A stretch of DNA of 64,000 bases. Origin: an uncultured virus (IMG/VR IMGVR_UViG_3300024343_000009) (Duplodnaviria; Heunggongvirae; Uroviricota; Caudoviricetes). The DNA lies in IMG/VR virus record IMGVR_UViG_3300024343_000009, positions 1-64,000 of that record; one strand, 5' to 3'. The translations under genes and the position numbers were made by a program. The number at the start of each line of letters is the position of its first letter. Positions within the stretch are counted from its first letter, which is position 1. Positions 20,601 to 29,856 of the stretch are shown here, in pieces. Under the pieces are notes generated by a model, which saw only the letters and a list, made by a program, of their open reading frames with translations, was not told the DNA's origin and did not search any database.

Positions 20601-23600
20601 TCTAATGTTGTTCTAAGTAAGTTTGGAATTGCAAGCAAGAGTGACAAAGAAGCAAAGCTGCTAGGAAGATGGGGCATGATACTTCCAGGCGGAGTAAATT
20701 CAAATCTTGCTAGACATGGTGTTGATGGGGCAAATCTTAGACAGTATTTTGATGAGCCAGGTAGACTTATTGATCTTGATGACTTTTTAACTCACAACGG
20801 TATTGCTGAAAAAGATAAGCATTCAATACTTTCTTCAGTTGCTTCTCAGATGCAAGGAGAATTAAAAGACGGAGTTGTTTATAAAGATAAAGAGCTTGGA
20901 GACATTGCTTTTAGAACTATAGATAAAGAAATTAAAGCTCTTGAATCAAAATATCCAGGAATAAGCTTAAAGTATCAAAAAGATAGAATGACTCCAGGAA
21001 GAAGAGATACCAGAAAGAGACGTAGGCCTGGAGAAACACAAGCTGAGGCAAATAGAAGAGGTGGCGGAAGTCCTACAGCAACTAATGTTCGAGGTGGAAG
21101 ACCAAGTAACTATAGAACAGAAAGAGCAAAAGCATTTGGAGAAGGCCAAGTATGGGCTCACTTTGATGATCAAATTTTTAATGAAAATGTAGAGCAGTTA
21201 GCTGGCTATCACGGTGTACCATTTGGTTCACTTCCAACAATGACTGGAAGAAATCCTAATGCTGCAAAGTTTCCAGATGCGTACTTATCTCAAGCTCATT
21301 CAAAATCATTTGTTGGAATGCCATTAGTTAGAAGAGGCACAGGATTTGGAAGATTAATGGATACCATTAATACTCTTAATGCTAATAGTCCAAAGCCTTT
21401 CTTACCAAGAGGAACATATACTCCAGGAGCATATAAAGGATTTAATAGAAGAAATAAGGGCGGCATAATTGGATTAAACGCTGGAGGTATGGTTCCAAGA
21501 TATCACGGTGGTGGTTTTGTTGGAGGATTTAACTCACAAGCAGATAAGGGTTTCATTGGAAAAGGAATGCTAAAGCGTCCTGAAGGCGGCGGGATGAGCA
21601 TGGGAGCCCAAATGGGAATGATGATGGGCGGATCAATGGCAGGCCAAGCAATAGGTGGAAACCTTGGTACTGGAATAACAATGGCTGCAAATATTCTTCC
21701 ATGGCTTCCTTTACAAAAAATTATGCCATTAATTGGCAAGCTTATGACAAACCTAAGAACCCTTTCTGGAATAGCAAATATTGCTGGCAAGGCAATGGGT
21801 CTATTATTTAGAGTTGGTCCAGTTGGTGCAGTTGTTACTGCAGTTGGACTTGCTGTACTTGCTTATAGAAAATACACTAAAGAGCTAGAAGAAACTCGTA
21901 GAGAACATATAATGCTAAATGGCATTACCGAAAAGGGTGCTAAAGAAGCAGGAATTAGCTATAAGAATGTAGCTAACTCAATTAAGGGTGTAAGAGAGCA
22001 GTTCAAGCTTCAACAACAACAAGGTTTATCCGCATACGAATCAATGACTGGCTCTGGTGTACAGGGCCTTACATTGACAATTGCACAGCTAAAAGAATTA
22101 AAGAAAACTGCAAAAGATACAATGCCAGAGCTGGTTGGAACTTTTAATACTATAGATACAAGCAAAGTAAATGATCTTGCAGCAAATCTAAAAGCACAGT
22201 TTGTGTCTGCAGGAATGTCTGCTCAAGATGCAACAAATAAAATTTATGCAATTATAGAAGCATCAAATAAAGCTGGAGCAGGACTTGGTGCTATAACTAG
22301 TACAGGGTTTACTGCAATAACAGATAAGGGAAGCGCTGCTTCTACTATTGTTAAAAACTTAATTGATAGTCTTGCAGACATTGAAAATATTGATCCAAAA
22401 GCATTTGCATCAAATATTGACACTGTGATATCAAGCCTAGATGCAGCAACTGCTGCGCTTGTTGGAACAAAAGATGCACAGGGTAACACAATTACTGAGT
22501 CTATGGCAATGACAATGCAATGGGAAAAGCTTGTAAAGCTTGGTGCTGACTATACTCAAATTGGAGAAAAGGCTCTTGCTAACCTAAAGAAAGAAAGACC
22601 TGAGCTTGCTGCAATATTAAAGAGTACAGACACTGTTGCAGGAATGTATGCTAAGTGGCGAGTATTACTAGCTGGAGTTAATATTGATCTTAAGAATATA
22701 ACATCTCAACAAGCAATGGGAATTGCAGCTTATGAGCAGGCTTTAACAATGGCAGCAGATTCTGCTAAGGCAAATACTAATACATCTGGAGCCCTGGGAA
22801 CTGCCAATGCTGCTACAAATAAACTAACAGAGTCTATCAAAAAGGGTGAAAACGCAGTAAAGAAGTATTCAAATACAGAAGCTGGGTTAAGTAAAGCTAG
22901 AATAAAAGCAATTCAAGACGAGATCAAGGCTATCCGTGATCGTGCTGATGAAAAGAAGAAGGCATTAAGAGCAACTGTAGAAACAGAAAATACAGAACTT
23001 GAATTGCAAAAGCTTAAGCTTGAAGCTCAAGGAGCTTTAGCTCGAGGAGATAGAGATGCTTATGAAGCTGCAAATATTGCAATTGCTCAACTTACAAAAG
23101 AAACTCAACTAAAGAAAGCTGAAGATAAGATTGATGCAAATGCTAAGAAAGAAGAGGCTAAGCTTCAGGCACAACTTGATGCAGATCAGGCAAAGAAAGA
23201 TGCAGCAGCGGCACTAGTTGCTGGCGCACAACGTCAAGGCGCTTCAGCTACAGAGACACTTGGAGAAATAAATAGCATTAAGTCTTTGCTAGCACAACTA
23301 GCTATAGACAAAATTGAAAATGATAAACTTAAGGATCCAACTAAGAAAGCAGACGGGCAGAAAGCTCTTGACGGAAGGCTTCAAACTATAGTTGCAACAC
23401 TTGAAAAGTCTTCAGATGCAGTTCAAAAAGCATTCCCAGAATATGTTGATGCAAAAACAAATAAAGGAAAGCTCGGTGGCGGAGGGGGAAGCTACGTTGG
23501 TTCTATGTTTGTTCCAAATGCACAAGGAGAAGGTAATCAAGCTTTTTCTAAATTAGTTAGCGAAATATCAGTTGGAGCAAAAGCAAATTTTGAAAAGTTA

Positions 23601-24242
23601 GGAAAAGAAATTACAGGCGGAGCAAACCTTAAAATGGTTGTAGAGGCAATGGGTGGCAAGGTAGACAAGAGCAAAACTCTTAATCAGGAAGATATTACTG
23701 CCGCAATTATATCTAATCAGGGTAATTCTTCTGGATTCTTAAAAGATCAAACAAAAGATGATGGTTCTCTTGAAGAAGGTGTAAGACAGGCTATTATACA
23801 AAAATATAACTTTAAAGAAGGAGACTCTTTTAAGTTTGGAACCATCACATACAATGTTAAAAAAGGAATGTTTGGCAAAGGACTTCAGGCTGTTAGAAAA
23901 GCACTTGGAGGCGCTGTAGCCGCTGGACAAACCTATACTGTAAATGATAGAATTAACTCATTAGGAGTACAACAAGAAGGCTTTATGCCATTTACTCCAA
24001 AGGTAAGCGGAATGATTTATCCAAATGCAGATACCATGCCTAGATATGATATTGCAAGCGGTGCTGTAACAGGTATGCGTGGAGGAGTTAATAGCTCTTA
24101 TAACAATAACTCATACGCAATTAATATTGCATTAAACGGAACCAACGTAACAGCAGATGATGTAGTAAGAAGATTTAAGGCAGAGATGGCATTAGTTCAT
24201 GCAAAAGAAGGAAGATCGAGATCGGTTGGGGGACAAGTTTAA
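17697..24242 (+). CDS. tape measure protein
   Basis: 2181 aa, Ala-rich and helical; TP901-like TMP core; hydrophobic segments; DTVPALLTPGEFV motif. Confidence 0.92.
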   Translation: MADENIVTNIVANADFSGLIADVNKVTASLSKLQSQLIASDAKLANQVAVMNRSFSENLRRTGQFSTHFVTLTSDTEKFGKSLDGGKLKLRDYFRTFQEHTKTSGGIIRDLAKQQVALQNAIIQPLGKNAQGLMQFNVQVPQGLDNIKNKTAIARQELQILNKVVQDGGVQLINWGKNTQWAGRQLTVGLTVPLAAFGKAAADAFRMADAELTRLTKVYGGVAATSATELSKIRNEVSSTAAELSKGYGVSFKETIALAADIAATGKTGNELLSSVKETSRLAVLGEVDRQEAMKATLAIQSTFKQNTEQLAESINFLNSVENQTSTSLADLVEAIPKAGPVIQGMGGSVKDLALYLTAMKEGGINASEGANALKSALASLINPTKVAKEKFAEMGIDLGGIVAQNAGNLTGTILALQSALDELDPLKKQQAIEQLFGKFQFARLNALFANLGKQGSQTLQVMDLMKTSSQDLANVAGRELSMVTESASGKYNRAIEGLKADLAGIGEEFLKVQTFFINVVDGIIDFTTSLPKPIKQILTFAGGLTAVIGPVIMLTGVLANFFGYVIKGVSHFKALFKGGEGWKMLTPEILAAQKAGSLVEKTFYSDAAAATVLKTAIEGLVAEFTILQSKAQSGAISVAPALKGMVANATMQRVVNPDHPLLSPQDTRSMSHMNPVGRMTADQKEGQTIFGVVPGAPKVNQVIGNNPQIYANADLPDVPGLTRIGKASTGVVASEAAKWHAMTGALAMQSEAEIKALKTEVSRTGLITHELSASYQALLPEMTKLTQKAAAESAEIVAELQASKITVDQARAKIIALNAQIEAAMGAAATDIAGQQGRSISLTSVPLLSQPVVDKSGKSNMKELARPGRTRGLLNQIARGLGVKTFGAPYSIETTRPKRFATGNLVPGSGNSDTVPALLTPGEFVINKKATAANLPLLEAINNGGQANGMGMEYGGFPEDRYISAEQSNVVLSKFGIASKSDKEAKLLGRWGMILPGGVNSNLARHGVDGANLRQYFDEPGRLIDLDDFLTHNGIAEKDKHSILSSVASQMQGELKDGVVYKDKELGDIAFRTIDKEIKALESKYPGISLKYQKDRMTPGRRDTRKRRRPGETQAEANRRGGGSPTATNVRGGRPSNYRTERAKAFGEGQVWAHFDDQIFNENVEQLAGYHGVPFGSLPTMTGRNPNAAKFPDAYLSQAHSKSFVGMPLVRRGTGFGRLMDTINTLNANSPKPFLPRGTYTPGAYKGFNRRNKGGIIGLNAGGMVPRYHGGGFVGGFNSQADKGFIGKGMLKRPEGGGMSMGAQMGMMMGGSMAGQAIGGNLGTGITMAANILPWLPLQKIMPLIGKLMTNLRTLSGIANIAGKAMGLLFRVGPVGAVVTAVGLAVLAYRKYTKELEETRREHIMLNGITEKGAKEAGISYKNVANSIKGVREQFKLQQQQGLSAYESMTGSGVQGLTLTIAQLKELKKTAKDTMPELVGTFNTIDTSKVNDLAANLKAQFVSAGMSAQDATNKIYAIIEASNKAGAGLGAITSTGFTAITDKGSAASTIVKNLIDSLADIENIDPKAFASNIDTVISSLDAATAALVGTKDAQGNTITESMAMTMQWEKLVKLGADYTQIGEKALANLKKERPELAAILKSTDTVAGMYAKWRVLLAGVNIDLKNITSQQAMGIAAYEQALTMAADSAKANTNTSGALGTANAATNKLTESIKKGENAVKKYSNTEAGLSKARIKAIQDEIKAIRDRADEKKKALRATVETENTELELQKLKLEAQGALARGDRDAYEAANIAIAQLTKETQLKKAEDKIDANAKKEEAKLQAQLDADQAKKDAAAALVAGAQRQGASATETLGEINSIKSLLAQLAIDKIENDKLKDPTKKADGQKALDGRLQTIVATLEKSSDAVQKAFPEYVDAKTNKGKLGGGGGSYVGSMFVPNAQGEGNQAFSKLVSEISVGAKANFEKLGKEITGGANLKMVVEAMGGKVDKSKTLNQEDITAAIISNQGNSSGFLKDQTKDDGSLEEGVRQAIIQKYNFKEGDSFKFGTITYNVKKGMFGKGLQAVRKALGGAVAAGQTYTVNDRINSLGVQQEGFMPFTPKVSGMIYPNADTMPRYDIASGAVTGMRGGVNSSYNNNSYAINIALNGTNVTADDVVRRFKAEMALVHAKEGRSRSVGGQV

Positions 24243-24712
24243 TGGCATTAACATTACCTAGAGGTTCAATTTTTAGCATAGAGGCTAAAGATCTTTTGGC
24301 AACTCCAGCAGGAACAACCAACCAGTGGAATAAGGTTACAGAGCATAACCGTACAGACTTTAGCATTAATGTTGAAAGAATTGAAAAAGTAGTAAGAACT
24401 TCAAATGGAACTCTAAGAAAGAATTTTATTAAAGACAAGCGCAAATTCTCAACATCTTGGGACATGCTTCCATCATATAGAACCTTAACAGTAGACGGTG
24501 CATGGGGAGCAGAAGACTTAAGATCATTCTACCTAGGAGAACAGGGACAGGGTAGTTTTAAAATTAGATTAAATATAGCAAAAAATGGAGTCTCACAGGA
24601 GTCATCTGGTTACGAAGAGTATACAGTTGTTATTACAGACTGCAGTTTTGCAATTGCCAAACGAGGCTTACAGCCCCACTGGAATGTATCCCTGAGCATG
24701 GATGAAGTATAA
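24242..24712 (+). CDS. distal tail (Dit-like) protein
   Basis: Directly after TMP; R..NGTLR, K.KFSTSW..LP. Confidence 0.6.
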   Translation: MALTLPRGSIFSIEAKDLLATPAGTTNQWNKVTEHNRTDFSINVERIEKVVRTSNGTLRKNFIKDKRKFSTSWDMLPSYRTLTVDGAWGAEDLRSFYLGEQGQGSFKIRLNIAKNGVSQESSGYEEYTVVITDCSFAIAKRGLQPHWNVSLSMDEV

Positions 24713-26580
24713 TGCCAGTATATGCAAGCCCATCAGCCAAAACAAAGCTTGAGCAAAGTACATCTTTAAATCTTAACGTAGGTTGTACTATTGAATATAA
24801 TATGAATAGACTTGTAGACAACATAACAGTAACGGGTGCAGATATTGTTAAGCCAGATGGTAGCAAGCCTTTTAAGAAGTTATTTCCTGTAGACTCAATA
24901 ATTAAGGCCAACCGCCCAAATGGAGCGGGAGTTAAGTATGGAATTACTGGAGATGTCTCCGCTGGAACATATAGAGATCCAAGAGCTAGTACATACCCAT
25001 TAAGTTATAGAACATACTACCCAGGTGCAGATACATACTACAAGTACTGGCTAAGTGCAATTAGCACAGGTGTAGATTTAACTATTACATATCCAAAAGC
25101 AATACTAACAAATAAGGTAGTTGCAAAATTTGAAATATCACATTCAACTCCAGGAACCTGGAATATATTTTTAAATGGATCTTCTGTTGCAAATGGAACA
25201 AGTGCACAAATAAAGGCCTTTGGTGCTGGCACATATGATGCTGGTACTCTAACTATTTATTATAATGGAACTTCATGGGTAACTACAGAGCCAGCAGTTT
25301 TAGGTGCTCCAGTAAGCATAACTACATTAAAGCTAACTACAGCAGGAGTTGCAGGGAAGTATATTGGTGTTATTGAGCTTTCTCCTAAATGGGTAGTAGA
25401 TATATCAGAAGCAATTACAGATATGTCTATATCAAAAGAATCTTCTACTAGCTCAGAAGACATACTTCCAATTGGAAAAGTTTCAGCAAACTCTCTATCT
25501 TTAGGTCTTGTATCTTATGAAGCTACACGTAAAATAATTTCTTTTGACAAAACATTTGCATTTGATGCTTCTAAGATTTACCTATATAAGCAGATTGAAA
25601 TAAATCCATACTATAAGCTATACAATTCTGATCAAACTTACGAAAAGATTAATCAAGGAGTTTTCTATCTGGACAATTGGTCTTCTTCAGAGTTTGGAGA
25701 TATATCATTAACAGCTCTTGATGGAGCAAAAATTTTACAAGAAATAATTGCGCCAAGTATTATTTGTGAAGGATACTCAACTACTGCAATCTTAAGAAGA
25801 TTACTTGATACAGTAGGATTTGTAAACTATAAGTTTAATATGTCTGAAACAGATACTTCAATATTTACACCGAGATTCTGGTGGACAGATGATAGTAAAC
25901 CAGTATGGAATGCCATACAAGAGCTTTGCAGAGATTCTCAAATGACGGCTATATTTGATGAAAATAATGTGCTTCAGTTTTATACAAGAGACTACATGTT
26001 TTCTTCAACAAAAGGTATAGACTGGGCATTTAGATATGATGCAGATGGATCTAATTTGCCTAACATAGTTTCTTTTTCTAAAAACGAACTTGCAAGTGCA
26101 AATCAAGTTAAAGTGCTATGGAATAGCGTAACTACATCAGAATATACTGGAAATTCTCAACCTCTGTGGAAGTCTGGAAATACTTCAATGGGCGCTCTAT
26201 CTCTTGATCAAGATTTGCCATCATCAATTGGCGCAGGTGGATATATAAACCTTTCTCCAATAACCGTAAACAGCTATGAAAGCAAAAGGGTTTTATACGA
26301 GTACAGCGGGTACCTAGTAATTGATTCAGAAATTATAGAGTACGATGCAATACAATATGAATATGTTTCTGGAGGAAATAAGACCCAGGTTTGGATAACA
26401 ACAGAGTCTGATGTTTTAAAATATCTAGGGCTTTCAAATGTTGGTTCTGCAAACTACCAACCAACAGGCAAGTATAGAATTAAAACAAGAGGTGCATTTA
26501 ATACAACACCTGCAAATCATTATGCTGCAGCGTCGACTATATTAAATTCATGGAGTGGATATGAGGTGAAGTGGGTCTGA
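24712..26580 (+). CDS. tail tip/baseplate hub protein, N-terminal part
   Basis: LPIG..SANS, GVFY, ALDGAK.LQ, W.AIQELCRD.Q....FDENNVLQF. Confidence 0.6.
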   Translation: MPVYASPSAKTKLEQSTSLNLNVGCTIEYNMNRLVDNITVTGADIVKPDGSKPFKKLFPVDSIIKANRPNGAGVKYGITGDVSAGTYRDPRASTYPLSYRTYYPGADTYYKYWLSAISTGVDLTITYPKAILTNKVVAKFEISHSTPGTWNIFLNGSSVANGTSAQIKAFGAGTYDAGTLTIYYNGTSWVTTEPAVLGAPVSITTLKLTTAGVAGKYIGVIELSPKWVVDISEAITDMSISKESSTSSEDILPIGKVSANSLSLGLVSYEATRKIISFDKTFAFDASKIYLYKQIEINPYYKLYNSDQTYEKINQGVFYLDNWSSSEFGDISLTALDGAKILQEIIAPSIICEGYSTTAILRRLLDTVGFVNYKFNMSETDTSIFTPRFWWTDDSKPVWNAIQELCRDSQMTAIFDENNVLQFYTRDYMFSSTKGIDWAFRYDADGSNLPNIVSFSKNELASANQVKVLWNSVTTSEYTGNSQPLWKSGNTSMGALSLDQDLPSSIGAGGYINLSPITVNSYESKRVLYEYSGYLVIDSEIIEYDAIQYEYVSGGNKTQVWITTESDVLKYLGLSNVGSANYQPTGKYRIKTRGAFNTTPANHYAAASTILNSWSGYEVKWV

Positions 26581-28355
26581 TGTTAGCATATGATTTGATA
26601 GACGGAGGCGGCGGAGTCCCAACAGCACCAGTTCCAGCAGACTATAAGCTGCCATGGATATCTGTTAAGGCAGTATCCCTTACATCAATAGAAATTACAC
26701 TGGGGTCACCAAACGCTACACCTGGAAGCTATGGAGGATCAATAACTACTTTATCTTTTAATGATCCAGATTTTACCTTCACATCTACTTCTCCAGTAAT
26801 TACAAAAATTGGACTGGTCCCTGGACAAAAATATAATATACGTGCAAGATCTTATAGCGGACTAAATGCAACTGGAATGTATGGTGACTACATAACAGAT
26901 ACGTTTACTATGCCAGCATATAATCCGCTTACTGGGATTGTTTCTACAACAACTCCAGTCCTCACTCCTCCAGGATCCACTGGAACAAATCCTACAGTAT
27001 CCTCTGGTAACGGAGTTCAATTAAATAATACTGGATCAGCAGATACTGGAGAAGATGACGCAGTACCAGTTCAATATGTTACTGGATCCTCATCTGCCGT
27101 TAGCGGTAATAGACAGGTTGAAAAGTCTTTATTTAGAGTTACAAATAATTCACCTGATCCTACTGCATACTCTATTGCTACTAAAGACTTTGAGATATCT
27201 ACCTCATACTCACATTATACTTTTGGAACAGGAATGTTTTTTCAAAGTAGTGTTTCAGATGTTAATGCAGCAGGAGGAATGGGATTCTTTACAGATTCGT
27301 TGGGAAAGAACGGATACTACGTATTGCTACAGACTACTTCTAATCTATCAAAAACAGATGATAAAGAAGTAAAAATAATTAAAGTTGTAAACGGTAAGAA
27401 AAAGATTTTAAATGATACTCAAAAAAATAATGCTAAAACGTTAACAGGAATTTTAGGAGCTACATCTTATAAGGTTGACATAAAAGTAAAATGTACTGCA
27501 ACTGTAAGAGTCATTGATGTTTATATTAATAACTTTAAGATTACAGCAACAGATACAAATTCTCCTACTAGCACTGATCCAGTAGATAAGGTTTTGCCAA
27601 TAACTTCTAATGTATCAATGTGTGCAACAACAGGATCAGCTTATTATGACTATGTATACGCAATGCCGATAGAAGAAGCTCAATACAATTCTGGCATTAT
27701 GCAAAATGTATATAACGGCCAATTTAATAATACAATGTTGAGCTTTTTATACGGAGAAAAAGTTTTAAGTAATTTTAATAAGACAACTATTTCAAATGGA
27801 AAGCTTGAAGAGTTTGGAACTGTAGCAAGAGAGCTTAGAAAAGTAAGCATTAAATATGAATCTCGTCCAGGATATCCATTATACCCAAGCTTAGGAATAA
27901 ATAAATTTGTTAATGTCTTAGGTTCTAGATTGACCTCATTTGGAGCAGAAGTGTATTTAATTAATAATGCTGGAACTTGGGTGCCTCTAGATGACTCCTC
28001 ACTGCATTCATTTAGCGTAATCGGTAACTATGTGGTAACTTCGGGTCAGCATGAATACACTGATAAAACAATTAATGAATATTCAAACCCAGAGCCAGTC
28101 ATATTTCAATCCTCATGGATTCAAAAAGAAGATGATGCAAAGTCAATATCTAAATGGATAAAAGATCTATGGTCAAAACAACAGTCTGTTGTAAATATGC
28201 AAGTATTTGGAAACCCGCTGGTATCAGTAGGAGACATTATAACGATTAACTATCCGTCAAATAATTTAGACGGAAGCCAAAAGTTTGTTGTAATGAATGT
28301 AAATAATTCATTTAATGAGGGATTGGAGACATCAATTACAGCTAGGACATTATAG
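26571..28355 (+). CDS. tail tip/baseplate hub protein, C-terminal part with FN3-like domain
   Basis: GLVPGQKYNIRARSY FN3-like motif; C-terminal FGNPLVSVGDIITI OB-type motif; alternative start ATG 26580. Confidence 0.6.
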   Translation: MGLMLAYDLIDGGGGVPTAPVPADYKLPWISVKAVSLTSIEITLGSPNATPGSYGGSITTLSFNDPDFTFTSTSPVITKIGLVPGQKYNIRARSYSGLNATGMYGDYITDTFTMPAYNPLTGIVSTTTPVLTPPGSTGTNPTVSSGNGVQLNNTGSADTGEDDAVPVQYVTGSSSAVSGNRQVEKSLFRVTNNSPDPTAYSIATKDFEISTSYSHYTFGTGMFFQSSVSDVNAAGGMGFFTDSLGKNGYYVLLQTTSNLSKTDDKEVKIIKVVNGKKKILNDTQKNNAKTLTGILGATSYKVDIKVKCTATVRVIDVYINNFKITATDTNSPTSTDPVDKVLPITSNVSMCATTGSAYYDYVYAMPIEEAQYNSGIMQNVYNGQFNNTMLSFLYGEKVLSNFNKTTISNGKLEEFGTVARELRKVSIKYESRPGYPLYPSLGINKFVNVLGSRLTSFGAEVYLINNAGTWVPLDDSSLHSFSVIGNYVVTSGQHEYTDKTINEYSNPEPVIFQSSWIQKEDDAKSISKWIKDLWSKQQSVVNMQVFGNPLVSVGDIITINYPSNNLDGSQKFVVMNVNNSFNEGLETSITARTL

Positions 28356-28378
28356 TCTGTAAATGGTATAATAAAAAA

Positions 28379-28774
28379 ATGGCAACTGAGAGAGTATCAA
28401 CCACAAGCGTAACAGCAGACGCACCTATTGCCCTATATACAAATTCTCCAGAAAATGCAGATTTAAGCACGAACTACAAAAAGTTGATACCTGGTAATTC
28501 CGTGGGAGCAATGTATCTTGCTTCAAACGATATAGGGTATAATGAAATAGACGGAACAACTATTGCCATAGAAGAAAGCTCTGCATCATCAGGAGCAGAA
28601 GGTGGTGAGTCTGCAGCAACGGCTGCTGCCCCATCTCTTTCAGATATACAGGTAATCTCAAGAGAAGTTGTATATGATTCAGCAGGCAATCCATCTGTTC
28701 AAGTCGTATTTAAAATTAAAAATTCAAGTGATAAAAAATTAAAAGGAATTAATGCAAGAGTGGAGCTATTATGA
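28379..28774 (+). CDS. minor tail protein
   Basis: Tail module position; TGGTATAAT 6 nt upstream of ATG. Confidence 0.5.
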   Translation: MATERVSTTSVTADAPIALYTNSPENADLSTNYKKLIPGNSVGAMYLASNDIGYNEIDGTTIAIEESSASSGAEGGESAATAAAPSLSDIQVISREVVYDSAGNPSVQVVFKIKNSSDKKLKGINARVELL

Positions 28775-29856
28775 TAACAAAGTTTGGTAAAAGATTTTTA
28801 ACAAGCCACCTAGCTGGATTAGTTGATTTTACAACAAAAGATATAGTTTTAGGAATAGGTGATACAACTCCTAATCAATATGGCAATGACACAAGATTAG
28901 ATTTTGAGTTTTATAGGCTACCAGCAACTTTAAGTAGCATAGATATTAGATCTGCAAACATAACAGGACTATCTACAAATGGATCATCTGTAACATATAC
29001 AGCAGAAAATAATTTTAGTCCAGGACAGACAGTAAAGATAACTGGAATTGTTCCAACTCAATATAATGTTTCATCTGCCGTGGTTACAACAGCAACAAAT
29101 TCAACATTTACAATATCATCAGCAGCATCAGGATCTTACGTATCTGGTGGTTACGCCTCTTCATATTCAGCAATATTTTCAGCCACAATACCGCAGGACG
29201 TATCTGGAGTTATATCTGAAATTGGATTATATCCAGGTTCAAGAAAATCAGCAAATAATTTTGATAGCAAGTTTATAACATCTTTTGATAATAATTTAAA
29301 CTGGACAGATGGTTCCTATAATCCAGGCATCACATATAACTCTGGAGCTTTTCAATCTAAAATTGGCGACAACATGATTACTGTAACTGCTTCAGCAAAC
29401 ACATCAAAAGAATATGGAAATTCACAAACCTACTATGATATTTCTGGATACAGTATAAATGATAGTATAGCTATTGCTTATAAAAAAGTTGATACAAATG
29501 TGTCTAAAATTAGAGTAAAGTTTTACAGTTCACCAACCTCTTATTGCTGGGTAGATTTTACTCCGCTATCTGGAACAGGTGACAAGATACAGTCTTTAAC
29601 TTTAAATAATTTGTTTTCAAACACAACAGCAACTCCTCCAGATCTTACATCAATAATTAAGGTAGGTATAGAGGTTACCGCAGGTTCAGGCGGAGCCACA
29701 ACTGTACACTTTGATGGGATTCGAATTAATGATGAAGACACATTTGATCCGTACTACGGTTTAATTAGCAGATCTGTTTTAACTGGATCTGATATATTAA
29801 CAAAAGTTTCTGGAAGACAAGTGGACATAGAATACAAGCTAGCTCTGGAGTTCTAA
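28771..29856 (+). CDS. minor tail/baseplate protein
   Basis: MITKFGKRF, LGIG, L.FEFYR, ISEIGLY motifs of fibre-collar-like proteins. Confidence 0.6.
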   Translation: MITKFGKRFLTSHLAGLVDFTTKDIVLGIGDTTPNQYGNDTRLDFEFYRLPATLSSIDIRSANITGLSTNGSSVTYTAENNFSPGQTVKITGIVPTQYNVSSAVVTTATNSTFTISSAASGSYVSGGYASSYSAIFSATIPQDVSGVISEIGLYPGSRKSANNFDSKFITSFDNNLNWTDGSYNPGITYNSGAFQSKIGDNMITVTASANTSKEYGNSQTYYDISGYSINDSIAIAYKKVDTNVSKIRVKFYSSPTSYCWVDFTPLSGTGDKIQSLTLNNLFSNTTATPPDLTSIIKVGIEVTAGSGGATTVHFDGIRINDEDTFDPYYGLISRSVLTGSDILTKVSGRQVDIEYKLALEF

